Origin: Turneriella sp.
GTDB taxonomy: Bacteria > Spirochaetota > Leptospiria > Turneriellales > Turneriellaceae
Assembly (NCBI GenBank): GCA_965279515.1
Contig: CBDIID010000003.1
Coordinates: 3,104,001 to 3,168,000, forward strand
Length of the DNA stretch: 64,000 nt
Direction: 5' to 3'
Shown in pieces: positions 17,434 to 27,311 of this stretch. Positions within the stretch are counted from its first letter, which is position 1. Each line of letters starts with the position of its first letter. Below the pieces are notes generated by a model. The model was given only the letters and a program-made list of their open reading frames with translations, did not search any database and had not been told where the DNA came from. The translations under genes were made by a program, and so were the position numbers.

Positions 17434-17544
17434 AAAATTGAGCTCAGTTTACAGCGTCTGAGAGACCGGCCGGCATTCTTAGTTCTTGACGGTGTTCATG
17501 GTCCGATCTACGCGACTCCTAAACTTATTTTACCGGGGGAAATT

Positions 17545-17865
17545 ATGAAGAATGTTTTAATGAGCGGCCTTGTCGTAGCCATCATAGGTCTCACGAGTGC
17601 AACTTTCGCCAAATCAAAGGCTAAGAGCAGCAAGAGTTCAAGCAAACAAAGCAGCTCTACTTCGGGCAAACAAAGCACCACCGCCTCAAGTAAACCTAGC
17701 CAGGATGCCGCAGGAAAACAAACCACGGATACTTCGAAAGATAAGCAAAGCCAGAATCACAAGAATAAGAAAACCCATCGCTGCAGACTTCCCGATGGCA
17801 AGATTGATAGCAATAAGAGCCAGCAGGAATGCTTAAAAGCAAACGGCAAGTGGGTTAAATACTAA
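17545..17865 (+). CDS. Small exported Ser/Lys-rich protein
   Basis: Signal peptide, low-complexity middle, C-terminal C..C..GKW. Confidence 0.75.
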   Translation: MKNVLMSGLVVAIIGLTSATFAKSKAKSSKSSSKQSSSTSGKQSTTASSKPSQDAAGKQTTDTSKDKQSQNHKNKKTHRCRLPDGKIDSNKSQQECLKANGKWVKY

Positions 17866-17917
17866 GTTTCCATAATCGGCGCGGTTATCCGCGAAGCGTG
17901 GGCGCCGCCGTGCGTAT

Positions 17918-18556
17918 ATGACCGAATTCTGGGAGGCGAGTTTCCAGGAGAAAAAGGCAATGTGGGGAGAGTTTCCCACAGACGCGGCCATACGCGCCGC
18001 AGAGCTTTTCAAAGCGCGGGCATATAAGAATGTATTGATTCCCGGTATCGGGTACGGTAGAAATGCAAAACCGTTTATCGGGGCCGGCATACCTGTTACA
18101 GGAATCGAAATTTCTGAAACCGCCATAGCTATGGCGCAGGCGGGTTTCGGTTCTGAAATCCGGATTTTTCACGGTTCGGTAGCGGAGATGCCCTTTGAAG
18201 ATAAGCAATACGACAGCATTTTCAGCTTTGCGCTGATTCACCTCTTGAACGAAACAGATCGGCAGAAATTTATTGCGGCCTGTTATAATCACCTCAGGCC
18301 GGGCGGCACCATGATTTTTCTATCGATTGCTGAGAGCGCGCCGATGTTCGGTACCGGGAAGAAAATTACGGATCGCCTCTTTGAAACCATGCCGGGTGTC
18401 AGGTTGTTTTTTTATGATGCACAATCCATAGGCCGTGAATTTGGCGATTATGGGTTAGAGGGCTTTCAGCAGGTTTCAGAACCGGCAAAAAATACACCGA
18501 CTCTACCCGATCTCGATTTTCTCTGGATTGAATGCCGCAAGAAAATCCAGACCTGA
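17918..18556 (+). CDS. Class I SAM-dependent methyltransferase
   Basis: VLIPGIGYGRNA, GIEIS, HLRPGG. Confidence 0.9.
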   Translation: MTEFWEASFQEKKAMWGEFPTDAAIRAAELFKARAYKNVLIPGIGYGRNAKPFIGAGIPVTGIEISETAIAMAQAGFGSEIRIFHGSVAEMPFEDKQYDSIFSFALIHLLNETDRQKFIAACYNHLRPGGTMIFLSIAESAPMFGTGKKITDRLFETMPGVRLFFYDAQSIGREFGDYGLEGFQQVSEPAKNTPTLPDLDFLWIECRKKIQT

Positions 18557-18620
18557 ATTCTCCGTCTGCGGGATTTTTCCTGTACCGTTGATCCGCATTC
18601 ACAGTTGATTCCGGCAGGCG

Positions 18621-18995
18621 ATGGTAAGCACAATAATACATGCCCAAAAAGAATGGGAAGTTATCTTCAATGAGGGCAAAAACTGGCGTATCGGTATCTA
18701 TCGCCCTAAATACCGCGGCGCAGCGGAAATCCATGAACTGGAACAGCACACCTGCCCCGAGTCGTTTCTGCTGCTTGAGGGCGAGCTGACGATGCTCTAT
18801 CGGCAGCCGGACGGCTCGCTGGCGGAAAAACAGCTACGGCCCATGGAGCTGACGACCTTTACCGAGCCGCATGCGGGCTTTTCTCCCGATTTGTCAGGTG
18901 TTGCTTTTGTCGTCGAAAATGCTGCGTTCGAAACTAGTTATACAGATATCCAGACGCAGGCAGTAACGCGAACGGTTCGCGTCGGTCCCGCTTAA
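18621..18995 (+). CDS. Cupin-like hypothetical protein
   Basis: LEQH..PESFLLLEG..H. Confidence 0.65.
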   Translation: MVSTIIHAQKEWEVIFNEGKNWRIGIYRPKYRGAAEIHELEQHTCPESFLLLEGELTMLYRQPDGSLAEKQLRPMELTTFTEPHAGFSPDLSGVAFVVENAAFETSYTDIQTQAVTRTVRVGPA

Positions 18996-19044
18996 GATCT
19001 GGTTTTGATTTACGCCGCGTCGTTTGACGCTTTAGCTGGCGGCC

Positions 19045-19407
19045 ATGCATAAAATCCTCATCGTCGATGACAGCCCCACGATTCGGGCCGCTGTCAAAGG
19101 CGCCCTCGCCTATAAAAAGGCAGATGTTCTCGAAGCTGCCACGGCGGTAGAAGCGGTGAAAGTATTCGAGCAAGACAGGCCGGCGCTGATCTTTCTCGAC
19201 ATCAACCTGCCCGCAGCCGATGGTTTTGTCGCACTTAAACGCATCCGCCTGATGGACGCCGCGCATGATACCAAGGTCGTGATGCTGACCGGCGTTACCG
19301 ACAAAGCGACGATACAAAAAGCGATTGAAGAAGGCGCCGACGATTACGTTGCGAAGCCCTTCACACCGGTAGTATTGCGTGATAAGACAGATAAATTTCT
19401 GAAATAA
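19045..19407 (+). CDS. Single-domain response regulator (CheY-like)
   Basis: ILIVDD, LDINLP, KPF. Confidence 0.95.
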   Translation: MHKILIVDDSPTIRAAVKGALAYKKADVLEAATAVEAVKVFEQDRPALIFLDINLPAADGFVALKRIRLMDAAHDTKVVMLTGVTDKATIQKAIEEGADDYVAKPFTPVVLRDKTDKFLK

Positions 19408-19412
19408 ATCCC

Positions 19413-20429
19413 TTACCGAACAGGTTTACATTCCAGTAAAAAGTCTTCAAAGACCTGCGAGATATAGAGCTTACCGTTATATACAAACGCGCCCGACGCG
19501 GCGCTGATTTCGTCCCCGGCATTGAAGTAGAGCCCGGTCGCCGTTTTCTGCGCGGGGTCAATCCCCACAATATATGACGGCGCCTTATTGTCGGCCGAGC
19601 TTGCGTGCCGGAAAAACTTCCAGTTGCTGGTATGCGACGAAGTCATGAGCTGGTTTTCGAGGCTGAAGAGATTATCGGGGCCCGCGATTTCGGCGATCAG
19701 CTGCTTATTGCCGAGTGTGCCGTCGGTCTCGCGGCTGAACTCATAGACTTTGCCCTCGCGCGTTGCCGAGACATAGACTTTGCTGCCGCGCGTAAGAATA
19801 CCATTTGCCATCGCGATACCTTCGGCCGCAACACGGCAGCTGCCGCCCAGGTTCTGCGTCAGCGAGTTCAGGGTGCAATACGTTATTTTCGATCTTTTGA
19901 GGCCCCAAAAGACTTCCCACAAACTGCCGCGTGAGCCGTGGTCGTTGGTGACGTAGAAGTTGCCGGTTTCGGTGACAGTCAAGTCATTCGGTGAGTTGAT
20001 CAGATCGTCGCGCACCTGGATCATGAACTCCAGCTTATCGTCGTTTATCTTATAGATCAGCACGCTCTGGTCGTTGTCGTTCATCTCAGCGCCGTGGTTG
20101 ACGACGTAGAGAAAGACATCCTGGCCGTTGCGGAAGATGTCGATGCCGTGCGGCGAAAAGAAAACGGCTGGAGGTTCACCCGTGCGTGTGAGCTTTTTGA
20201 CCTGTTTGGATTTCAGGTTGAGAGCGAAAATATCTCCCGCCACTTTCCATCCCCGCCGCTCATGGCTCGAGACAAAGATCGTGGTGTTGCCGCCTTTTTC
20301 GAGCAACGCAAAATCTTCGGCGCCCGGGCCGACGGTGATTTTCTCACACTTATCGTAGCGGTTCCTGATCTCGATCGAAGAGCAGTGCGCGAAGAGCGCG
20401 GCCAGGGCGAACCATGGCAGGCGCCGCAC
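19413..20429 (-). CDS. Arylesterase/paraoxonase-like beta-propeller lipoprotein
   Basis: GPGAED, FSPHGI, SPND, FYVTNDH, MANGI, GPDN; GTG start with lipobox-like AHC. Confidence 0.85.
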   Translation of the reverse strand: MRRLPWFALAALFAHCSSIEIRNRYDKCEKITVGPGAEDFALLEKGGNTTIFVSSHERRGWKVAGDIFALNLKSKQVKKLTRTGEPPAVFFSPHGIDIFRNGQDVFLYVVNHGAEMNDNDQSVLIYKINDDKLEFMIQVRDDLINSPNDLTVTETGNFYVTNDHGSRGSLWEVFWGLKRSKITYCTLNSLTQNLGGSCRVAAEGIAMANGILTRGSKVYVSATREGKVYEFSRETDGTLGNKQLIAEIAGPDNLFSLENQLMTSSHTSNWKFFRHASSADNKAPSYIVGIDPAQKTATGLYFNAGDEISAASGAFVYNGKLYISQVFEDFLLECKPVR

Positions 20430-20433
20430 GATC

Positions 20434-21075
20434 TCAGAACCGTTCAGCAAGTTTATTACCCAGCGATTCGAGCTGCGCCTTCGCGCCGCTGCGGATATCC
20501 GCCGGCATCTGCTGCGCAATACGCACGATCTTGTCCTGGTTGATCATCGAGTGAGCGATATTGCCGACGATCTTACCGTCGCGCAGCACCTTGATGATTT
20601 CGAGCATGACCTTGTCTTCGAGCAGGTCGGCAAGTTCGCCCAGCTTTCCGTGAAAATTCTTCGCGGCGAGGTCTTTGACGACCTGCGCGACAATGTTTGT
20701 CTCCATCAGGTTGCCGATGCGCGCGGTGCTCTCGGGGCTCGCATAGAGCGCCACCTGGCCCATATAGTCGATGCGCAGCGATTTACCGATCTTCGCCGCC
20801 GCCTTGGGGTCCATGTAAATCACCACCTGTGCGATGATGTACGGTGTCAGGTAGTCGTGCGCAAGTTTGGCGATGATAAAATTGGGGATAAACTGCGTCG
20901 AGACAGCCATGACCTTGAAGACAGGTTTTTGCAGCTCTTCAGTTCTGTGTATGTAGTCGTGTATCTCTTTATGGATTTTCTCGAGCGTGGGCTCGTCGAG
21001 ATTCTTCAGGTACGTGAGATCGCTTTCAGTGACGAGGCTCTCTTTAATTTCTTCAATAACAGATTCTTTGGACAT
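20434..21075 (-). CDS. Alpha-helical hypothetical protein (paralogue of 37590-38780)
   Basis: FIPNFIIAKLA matches FMPNFINAQVA in the other ORF. Confidence 0.8.
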   Translation of the reverse strand: MSKESVIEEIKESLVTESDLTYLKNLDEPTLEKIHKEIHDYIHRTEELQKPVFKVMAVSTQFIPNFIIAKLAHDYLTPYIIAQVVIYMDPKAAAKIGKSLRIDYMGQVALYASPESTARIGNLMETNIVAQVVKDLAAKNFHGKLGELADLLEDKVMLEIIKVLRDGKIVGNIAHSMINQDKIVRIAQQMPADIRSGAKAQLESLGNKLAERF

Positions 21076-21085
21076 GTTGCCTTCC

Positions 21086-21937
21086 TTAATATTCGATAAC
21101 AGCCATTGAGGCCGATGTGAGCGGCAGTCGCGATGTCAACGAAAGTTTTGTCATCATCTGTTTACCATTGTACGATTCGAATTTCTTCGCGCCAGAGGCC
21201 TGCGCTACTGCACGCATCTCATCGGGTGTCGCGCCATAGGTGAATTTCTCATTGTAGATGAGGTCCATAAAATACGGCATCGCCATCTGCATGAGGTTCT
21301 TCACCGGGTGCGTCATCGAGTTGTGCCAGTAATCGAAAACCAGGGTGCTGCCCGGGCCGAAATACTGGCCGACGGACTGAATGGTCGAGCGCACGATCTC
21401 TTCGCTGACATACATCGAAACGCCTTCCCACAGCACGAGCGCGGGTTTCTTTTCGAGCCCCGAATGCGTGAAAATTTCGCTGAGAGATTCCTTCATAAAA
21501 TCGACTTCGCAGTAATGCGGTTGCTCCCCCTCGATTCTCTCGTTGCGGAGGTAGAATTTCTTGCGGCGCTGCGTCGCGGGAAAATCAAATTCCCAGATGC
21601 CGTGCTTGATGGAGTCTTTGAGGCGCAGCGAACGCGAGTCGTAGCCCGCCCCGAGCAATACCACCGGCATCTGTGGGCCGAGCTTTCTCACATAGCTGTC
21701 CATGAAGGCATGGCGCAGGGTGATAAAATCAAACAGGCCCAGCGTCGCAGCGTTGACGAAAAAGGAGACAAATTCGGGCAGAATCGACAGGCGGTTGTAG
21801 ATCGCCATATAAAAGTCAGAGAGAAACCGGCCTGCGTATTTATCGTTCAGTAGGCTCTTTTCCCCATAGTAGCTCAGCTCCAGCGCGCGTATCAGGGCCA
21901 CGATTTCGGCCGTGCGGCTGGGCGTATTTTCTAACAT
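21086..21937 (-). CDS. SAM-dependent methyltransferase, LCM family
   Basis: VVLLGAGYDSR, EFDFP, LWEGVSMY. Confidence 0.92.
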   Translation of the reverse strand: MLENTPSRTAEIVALIRALELSYYGEKSLLNDKYAGRFLSDFYMAIYNRLSILPEFVSFFVNAATLGLFDFITLRHAFMDSYVRKLGPQMPVVLLGAGYDSRSLRLKDSIKHGIWEFDFPATQRRKKFYLRNERIEGEQPHYCEVDFMKESLSEIFTHSGLEKKPALVLWEGVSMYVSEEIVRSTIQSVGQYFGPGSTLVFDYWHNSMTHPVKNLMQMAMPYFMDLIYNEKFTYGATPDEMRAVAQASGAKKFESYNGKQMMTKLSLTSRLPLTSASMAVIEY

Positions 21938-21979
21938 GGGCTGATTTTTTGCCGATACTTAAGGCAGGCAAGTACTTTA

Positions 21980-22768
21980 ATGGTGTCGATGTTCTTTAAA
22001 TCTAAAAAGGCGGACAGTTACTCACCGGAAAGCAAGGCCGAGATTCTGGCCAAACTGCTCGAAAAATACCGCAAGGCCGAGGTGCGGTATGGCGCCAAAT
22101 ACTTCGATAAGGCCAAACTCGACGAGCGTATTAACTTCCAGCGCGCCGCGAAGTCTGACTTCCAGCGCTTCATCCTCGATGAGATGAATTTTTTCAAACA
22201 AATGGAAGCCAAGGCCGAAGAAGACGAGGCCAAGCGCAAAAGGCAAGAAGAGGCGGATGCCCGCATGCGCGAAATCATGGAGGCGAACGACGCCCTCATC
22301 GCCCATTACCCCGACGTCTTTTTTCACCCGTTGGCGACGCTGGAATGCCGCCGTATTGTCGGCGCGGTTTCGAACCTGTTTCCCGAAATCGACGACGAAC
22401 TGCGTTATGTCTTCCAGGGCCGTAAGGAATGGGGCGAGATCAAATTTTACCTCTCCGATCTCGAACGTTTTATCTACAAGCCGCCGATGCGTATGACGGC
22501 CTTTCTCGCGCAATACGTCGCGCAGATCCAGAAGTGGGGCGAAGCCGGCCGCGACGACGCCGACCGCAAGTTCCTGCAGACCGCAGCGATGTGCCTGACG
22601 GGGATTACCAACGAACTTAAAACTTCACTCGATGCGTTGATTGATTCCGACAAAGTGAAGGCGTCGGCTACGATTGCCAAACTCGACGCCATCGTCTCAG
22701 ACTTTCGCCTGAGCGACTGGGCCCAGCATGGGCTCGCGCTCAAGGCTCAGAAGAAACTGGGGATTTAG
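21980..22768 (+). CDS. Hypothetical helical protein
   Basis: 262-aa ORF with host-like codon usage. Confidence 0.8.
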   Translation: MVSMFFKSKKADSYSPESKAEILAKLLEKYRKAEVRYGAKYFDKAKLDERINFQRAAKSDFQRFILDEMNFFKQMEAKAEEDEAKRKRQEEADARMREIMEANDALIAHYPDVFFHPLATLECRRIVGAVSNLFPEIDDELRYVFQGRKEWGEIKFYLSDLERFIYKPPMRMTAFLAQYVAQIQKWGEAGRDDADRKFLQTAAMCLTGITNELKTSLDALIDSDKVKASATIAKLDAIVSDFRLSDWAQHGLALKAQKKLGI

Positions 22769-23857
22769 CTACTTCAACGCTTCTTCGAGATTCAGTTCAG
22801 ACATCGCGTCCATGTCCTGGAATTCCAGCGTCACGCGCGTACGGCCACCGCCGAGGTTCGCGCTGTTGGTGACGGTCGCAGAGAACTGCCCGAGGCTCTC
22901 CTGGTGCTTTTGCACACGGAAGAGCACAATCAGCCCCGGCTGAAAGTGACGCAGCAACAGGCGGTCGGCGAGTTCAAGCTGCAGGCTTTTCATATCGATC
23001 TTTTGAACGGGAAGCGGCCGCGGTTCCTCGAGGATTAATCCGACTTTGCGCAGCTGGGTTTCGAGCGCGGTGGCGATTTTTTTCACCGACTGAAAGATCG
23101 AATCTTCCACAAACAGCGGGGTGTTGACCTGGATATACCCGATCGGGAGTTTTTGTTTGTAGAGGATAGGTACCGTCACCTCTCCATGCAAATGTGTCGG
23201 CACCTTGAGGTCGCTCTTTTGTATTTCTGCGAGGTAGGTGTCTTGCGGAAAATATTGGCGCGGGTTGAATGTGGCAGGTGGTTTGGGGCTGTAATAGATA
23301 ATCCGCGGGTTGCGCACGAGGTTTTTAAGGCGTGTGTCACTCGCTTCACCCGAGGCGAGAAAGATTTTATGGTAGGGAACCAGGTTCTTCAGTTCACCGT
23401 CAAAAAAATTCAGCACAAAGCCATTCACTTTTTTGCGGTTCGCTTCGATGACGAAGGCTATCTCTTTGGACGAAGTGAGATTGGTCATGAAAAAAGGCGT
23501 GGAGTTATCGGTCTCTGCGACATCTTTTTTTCCGTCATCGGTAATTTCGAGTGCCTGCGGATGCAAGATTTCCGTCGGGCCGTTGCGCAGCAGAAACTTA
23601 CAGATAGCGACAATGCGCTTCTTGTTGTGGCGTATGAGTACGCGTCGCTCGGTGGGCGAATTCAGAAACTGCGTGCGGATTTTGAGTTCGGGCCCGGTCG
23701 TGAGCAGTGTGTATGAAATGAAGCCAGCGGGGTGCTCGGCATCGTCGACCAGTATCGAACAGGGCTTTTTGCCCATGATCGTGTTCAGAATCTGGTGAAC
23801 CTGCGGTATTTGATTAACGCGAACCATGGTCGACTCTGCAAACTGCGCAGCGGACAC
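22769..23857 (-). CDS. DUF1577/PilZ-like protein
   Basis: PILY..PIGYIQV segment and PilZ-like C-terminal beta domain. Confidence 0.6.
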   Translation of the reverse strand: MSAAQFAESTMVRVNQIPQVHQILNTIMGKKPCSILVDDAEHPAGFISYTLLTTGPELKIRTQFLNSPTERRVLIRHNKKRIVAICKFLLRNGPTEILHPQALEITDDGKKDVAETDNSTPFFMTNLTSSKEIAFVIEANRKKVNGFVLNFFDGELKNLVPYHKIFLASGEASDTRLKNLVRNPRIIYYSPKPPATFNPRQYFPQDTYLAEIQKSDLKVPTHLHGEVTVPILYKQKLPIGYIQVNTPLFVEDSIFQSVKKIATALETQLRKVGLILEEPRPLPVQKIDMKSLQLELADRLLLRHFQPGLIVLFRVQKHQESLGQFSATVTNSANLGGGRTRVTLEFQDMDAMSELNLEEALK

Positions 23858-23963
23858 AGTGAGTCAATAATTTGCGGCCAAAACAATGCAAATTATGGCG
23901 AACACTTGATACTTTCCGAAAGGTATTTACACGCTAACGCCTGCACAGGGAGGCAATCTTTAG

Positions 23964-25238
23964 ATGAAGGGCACGGTCGACGCCAATAACCGCAATTTTA
24001 CCAGCCTCCCCACGTCTGACGAAGTACGCTGGCTACCGGTGACACAACCCGGCGTGCGTGTGGGCGAGTTGCCTGACGGGCGCATGCGCATCAACCTGGG
24101 GCCATCCCACCCCGCGACACACGGCATTCTCGAAAACCATCTCATCTTGAACGGTGAGACTATCGAATCAGTCGAAATCTACACGGGCTATGTGCACCGC
24201 TGTTTTGAAAAACTCGGCGAGCATTACGGATACAACCAGTTCCTGGTCTGCACCGACCGCATGAACTATGTCTCCACGCCGATGAATAACATCGGCTGGA
24301 TTCTCGCCGTTGAGAGTATGATGGGCATTCAGGCTCCGCCGAAAGCACTGGTCGTGCGCATGATTATCTCTGAGCTCTCGCGTATCATCGACCACATCAT
24401 CTGCCTCGGCATTCTCGGCGTCGACCTCGGCGCCTTTGCTTCGTTCCTTTATATGTTCCACAAGCGCGAAGATATCTACCAGATTCTCGAGAAGATGACC
24501 GGCGCGCGCCTCACGAACACCTTCTGCCGCGTCGGCGGTCTTGAAAAAGATATCTATCCCGCATTTGTGGCGGATGTCAAAAAGTTCCTGAAGACTTTTC
24601 CGAAAGTGCTCAAGGAAACCGATACGCTGCTGACCAAGTCGCGCATCTTCTATGATCGCACGAAGGGCGTCGGCAAAATCTCGGGCGAGCGCGCGTTGGC
24701 CTATGGTTTTACCGGCCCCAACCTGCGCGCGGCGGGTGTCGACTATGATGTGCGCGTCTCGAACCCCTACATGTATTACGACCAGGTCGATTTTGACGTG
24801 CCAGTCGGGGACGACGGCAGCGTCTATGATCGCTACCTCGTGCGCCTCGAAGAGATGCGCCAGTCAATGCGTATCATTGAGCAGCTGGTGAATAATATTC
24901 CCGAGGGTGCCTGGCATGCAGATATCCCCCATGCATACCTGCCGGCGAAAGATAAGGTCTATACCTCGATGGAAGATCTCATCTATCACTTCAAAATTAT
25001 CATGCACGGCATTGAAGTGCCGACGGGCGAGCACTACTTCTCGACAGAAGCGGCGAATGGCGAGTTGGGTTTCACGATCGTCTCGCGCGGAAAAAAGAGC
25101 CCGTGGCGCGTACATGTGCGCAGGCCCTGTTTTTGGTATTATCAGGCTTTCCCGGAGATCGTGACGGGTGGCCTCTTGGCCGATGCGATCGCGAACATGA
25201 GTTCGCTGAACGTCATCGCGGGCGAACTGGACTGTTAA
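23964..25238 (+). CDS. nuoD: NADH-quinone oxidoreductase subunit D
   Basis: [39 protein letters not shown]. Confidence 0.93.
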   Translation: MKGTVDANNRNFTSLPTSDEVRWLPVTQPGVRVGELPDGRMRINLGPSHPATHGILENHLILNGETIESVEIYTGYVHRCFEKLGEHYGYNQFLVCTDRMNYVSTPMNNIGWILAVESMMGIQAPPKALVVRMIISELSRIIDHIICLGILGVDLGAFASFLYMFHKREDIYQILEKMTGARLTNTFCRVGGLEKDIYPAFVADVKKFLKTFPKVLKETDTLLTKSRIFYDRTKGVGKISGERALAYGFTGPNLRAAGVDYDVRVSNPYMYYDQVDFDVPVGDDGSVYDRYLVRLEEMRQSMRIIEQLVNNIPEGAWHADIPHAYLPAKDKVYTSMEDLIYHFKIIMHGIEVPTGEHYFSTEAANGELGFTIVSRGKKSPWRVHVRRPCFWYYQAFPEIVTGGLLADAIANMSSLNVIAGELDC

Positions 25239-25245
25239 AGACGCG

Positions 25246-25542
25246 ATGACCGCGCTCAATTTTTTGCGCGTTCTGGGTTACCTGGAAGGCATTTCGTTTC
25301 TTCTTCTCATGGGCATTGCCATGCCCCTAAAATATTTCTTCAGCCAACCGATGGCGGTGAGAGTTTTAGGTTCACTGCATGGGTTGCTTTTTGTCGCTTA
25401 TTGCGGTCTGGCGCTGGTGGTTTGTTTTAGGGAAAAGTGGTCCCTGAAACAGTTGATTTTGTGTTGGGTGCTTTCTTGCCTGCCGTTTGGAACATTCTGG
25501 TTTGACCGGAAATATCTCAGGGCAGCCGTAACGCACTCTTAG
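25246..25542 (+). CDS. DUF3817 membrane protein
   Basis: EGISFLLL.GIAMPLKY..G.LHG.LF..PFGTF. Confidence 0.9.
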   Translation: MTALNFLRVLGYLEGISFLLLMGIAMPLKYFFSQPMAVRVLGSLHGLLFVAYCGLALVVCFREKWSLKQLILCWVLSCLPFGTFWFDRKYLRAAVTHS

Positions 25543-25602
25543 CTTCACGCTTTCGTTTTTGTTATTTTGGCATGAAAAATTCCTATCCGGCGTATAGTTG
25601 CC

Positions 25603-26019
25603 GTGAAGAAACTTATCTTAATAACACTAATCTTATCTATTACCGGGCTTATCTGGTCAAATCAGGAGAAAGCGCAAGGCGCCGAAGTCCGGGCATATCT
25701 GGCGAAATGTAACCGACTTTTAGATAAGCATATCAATGCCCTGTCGGCGGCTGGTGATGCGAAACAAACAGCGTATGCGATGCAAAGTTATGCGAAAGAT
25801 ATGAAGCCAATGGTCCAGGTGAGCCGGGCCATGACAAAAAAGTATCCCCCAACCGCTGGTCAGAATAGAGAGATCCGGGCTGAAATGGCGGATATGAATT
25901 CAAAAGTCATTAAGATGAATGAACTTTTGGATGAAGCCAGGAAAAAATACGGTAAGGATAAACATTTCCAGAATGCGGAAAAGATCCTGGTGAATACCGG
26001 CCTTTTTGGCCGCGCCTGA
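25603..26019 (+). CDS. Exported hypothetical protein
   Basis: Signal peptide MKKLILITLIL. Confidence 0.7.
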   Translation: MKKLILITLILSITGLIWSNQEKAQGAEVRAYLAKCNRLLDKHINALSAAGDAKQTAYAMQSYAKDMKPMVQVSRAMTKKYPPTAGQNREIRAEMADMNSKVIKMNELLDEARKKYGKDKHFQNAEKILVNTGLFGRA

Positions 26020-26038
26020 CTTAACGGTTAATCTGAAA

Positions 26039-26057
26039 AGGGGAGTTGGGCTCCCCT
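26039..26057. terminator. Hairpin between convergent genes
   Basis: AGGGGAG-TTGGG-CTCCCCT. Confidence 0.55.
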
Positions 26058-26074
26058 GTTGTCAGCCGACGGAA

Positions 26075-26305
26075 TTACTTCGCGTTGCAGGCCGCTTTGG
26101 CCGATTCAAAAGTCTGATCTGCCTTTTTCCGGCAATCTTTCTTTTCGGCTCCCTTTAATTTCATGCAAGCTTTGGAATCCGCGCCCTTTTTGCCGCGGGC
26201 TGAAGCCAGGCATTTTTTTGGGTCGGCTTTCGCTTCTGCCGTAACCGACGAAACTGCAAAGATGGTTACCATTGCCAGGATAAGTGAGAGTGAAATTTTT
26301 TTCAT
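26075..26305 (-). CDS. Small exported Cys/Lys-rich protein
   Basis: GGAG RBS; MKKISLSLIL signal peptide; four Cys. Confidence 0.75.
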   Translation of the reverse strand: MKKISLSLILAMVTIFAVSSVTAEAKADPKKCLASARGKKGADSKACMKLKGAEKKDCRKKADQTFESAKAACNAK

Positions 26306-26396
26306 GTTGTTCTCCGTTTTGAGGATATCTTGGAAAATACCCTGTGCATGGTACGTTCGGAAGAAATAAACCGGCCGTCGGAAATCCGGCAAAAAG

Positions 26397-27260
26397 TCAC
26401 ATCGAGGCGATGAGATTTTTCAGATCCATTTTTGTTTTCTCTGCACCTTCCCCGATGTAGCGCCGCCCATGCCCCGGGTACACGCGGGAAAAGTCGAAGC
26501 TCAAAAGCCGCTCGTTTGACTTTTTGACCTCTACCCACGAATACCAGCAGGCGTCGCGGAACGAGGTTAATCCCCCCGACCGGCCAGCGGCGAGATGATC
26601 GCCCGTAAAGAGCACTGCATTCTTGTAGAGCAGGCACATGCTGCCGCGCGTGTGCCCGGGCGTTGGTATGATTGTGAGGTCATGCTCCAGGGGGATGGCC
26701 GTATTTGCTGAAACCGGTTTTTCAATACCAAGGGGCATCCGCTCCGCGTCGTGCATGATGCGTTCGGCACCAAAATGCGTGGCAAATTTTTCGTGCCCGG
26801 CGATATCGTCGATGTGGGAAAGAAATATGTAGCGTACGCCGCCCAGTTTTTCGATGCCCTGAATGAGTTTTGGGTAAAAGCGCGGTATATCGATGAGCAC
26901 ATTGCCTTCAGGCCTGCATATGAGATAGCTCGCCGCGCCGAAGGTGTCTTCGTGGGCAAAACCGCAGAAGTAAACATTTTCTTCGAGGGGGATCGGAAAA
27001 GAGGCTAAGACTTCGCCCGAAAGCGGATCCTTTTCCCGCTGCCCGATAGCATGCACGGGACAGGAGTGCAGCGCTTCGAGCGTCAGGCGGCGTTCAGTTT
27101 CGTTTGTTGGTTGCGTGGCAACATAGGCGTGATCCGTCGTATCAGTGAAAAGATTCGGCGCATGTGCATAACAGGTGCCGCAGTCGATGCAGCGGTCATC
27201 GACGAAAACGTTGCCGGGTACATTTTCGGCGAAAATAGCATGGTTCGGATTAAAGGCGAT
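26397..27260 (-). CDS. Ferredoxin-MBL-fold metallohydrolase fusion (start codon unclear)
   Basis: The open frame upstream of 27056 encodes ENVPGNVFVDDRCIDCGTC..CPVHAIG; MBL motifs SHIDD, PGHT, FTGDH, PGHG. Confidence 0.8.
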   Translation of the reverse strand: MAFNPNHAIFAENVPGNVFVDDRCIDCGTCYAHAPNLFTDTTDHAYVATQPTNETERRLTLEALHSCPVHAIGQREKDPLSGEVLASFPIPLEENVYFCGFAHEDTFGAASYLICRPEGNVLIDIPRFYPKLIQGIEKLGGVRYIFLSHIDDIAGHEKFATHFGAERIMHDAERMPLGIEKPVSANTAIPLEHDLTIIPTPGHTRGSMCLLYKNAVLFTGDHLAAGRSGGLTSFRDACWYSWVEVKKSNERLLSFDFSRVYPGHGRRYIGEGAEKTKMDLKNLIASM

Positions 27261-27282
27261 AGTTAAATTTACGAAATAATCA

Positions 27283-27310
27283 GTAGAGACGCAAAATTTT
27301 GCGTCTCTAT
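27283..27310. repeat. GTAG-type REP-like palindrome
   Basis: GTAGAGACGCAAAATTTTGCGTCTCTAT (26-bp perfect core). Confidence 0.75.
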
Positions 27311-27311
27311 G

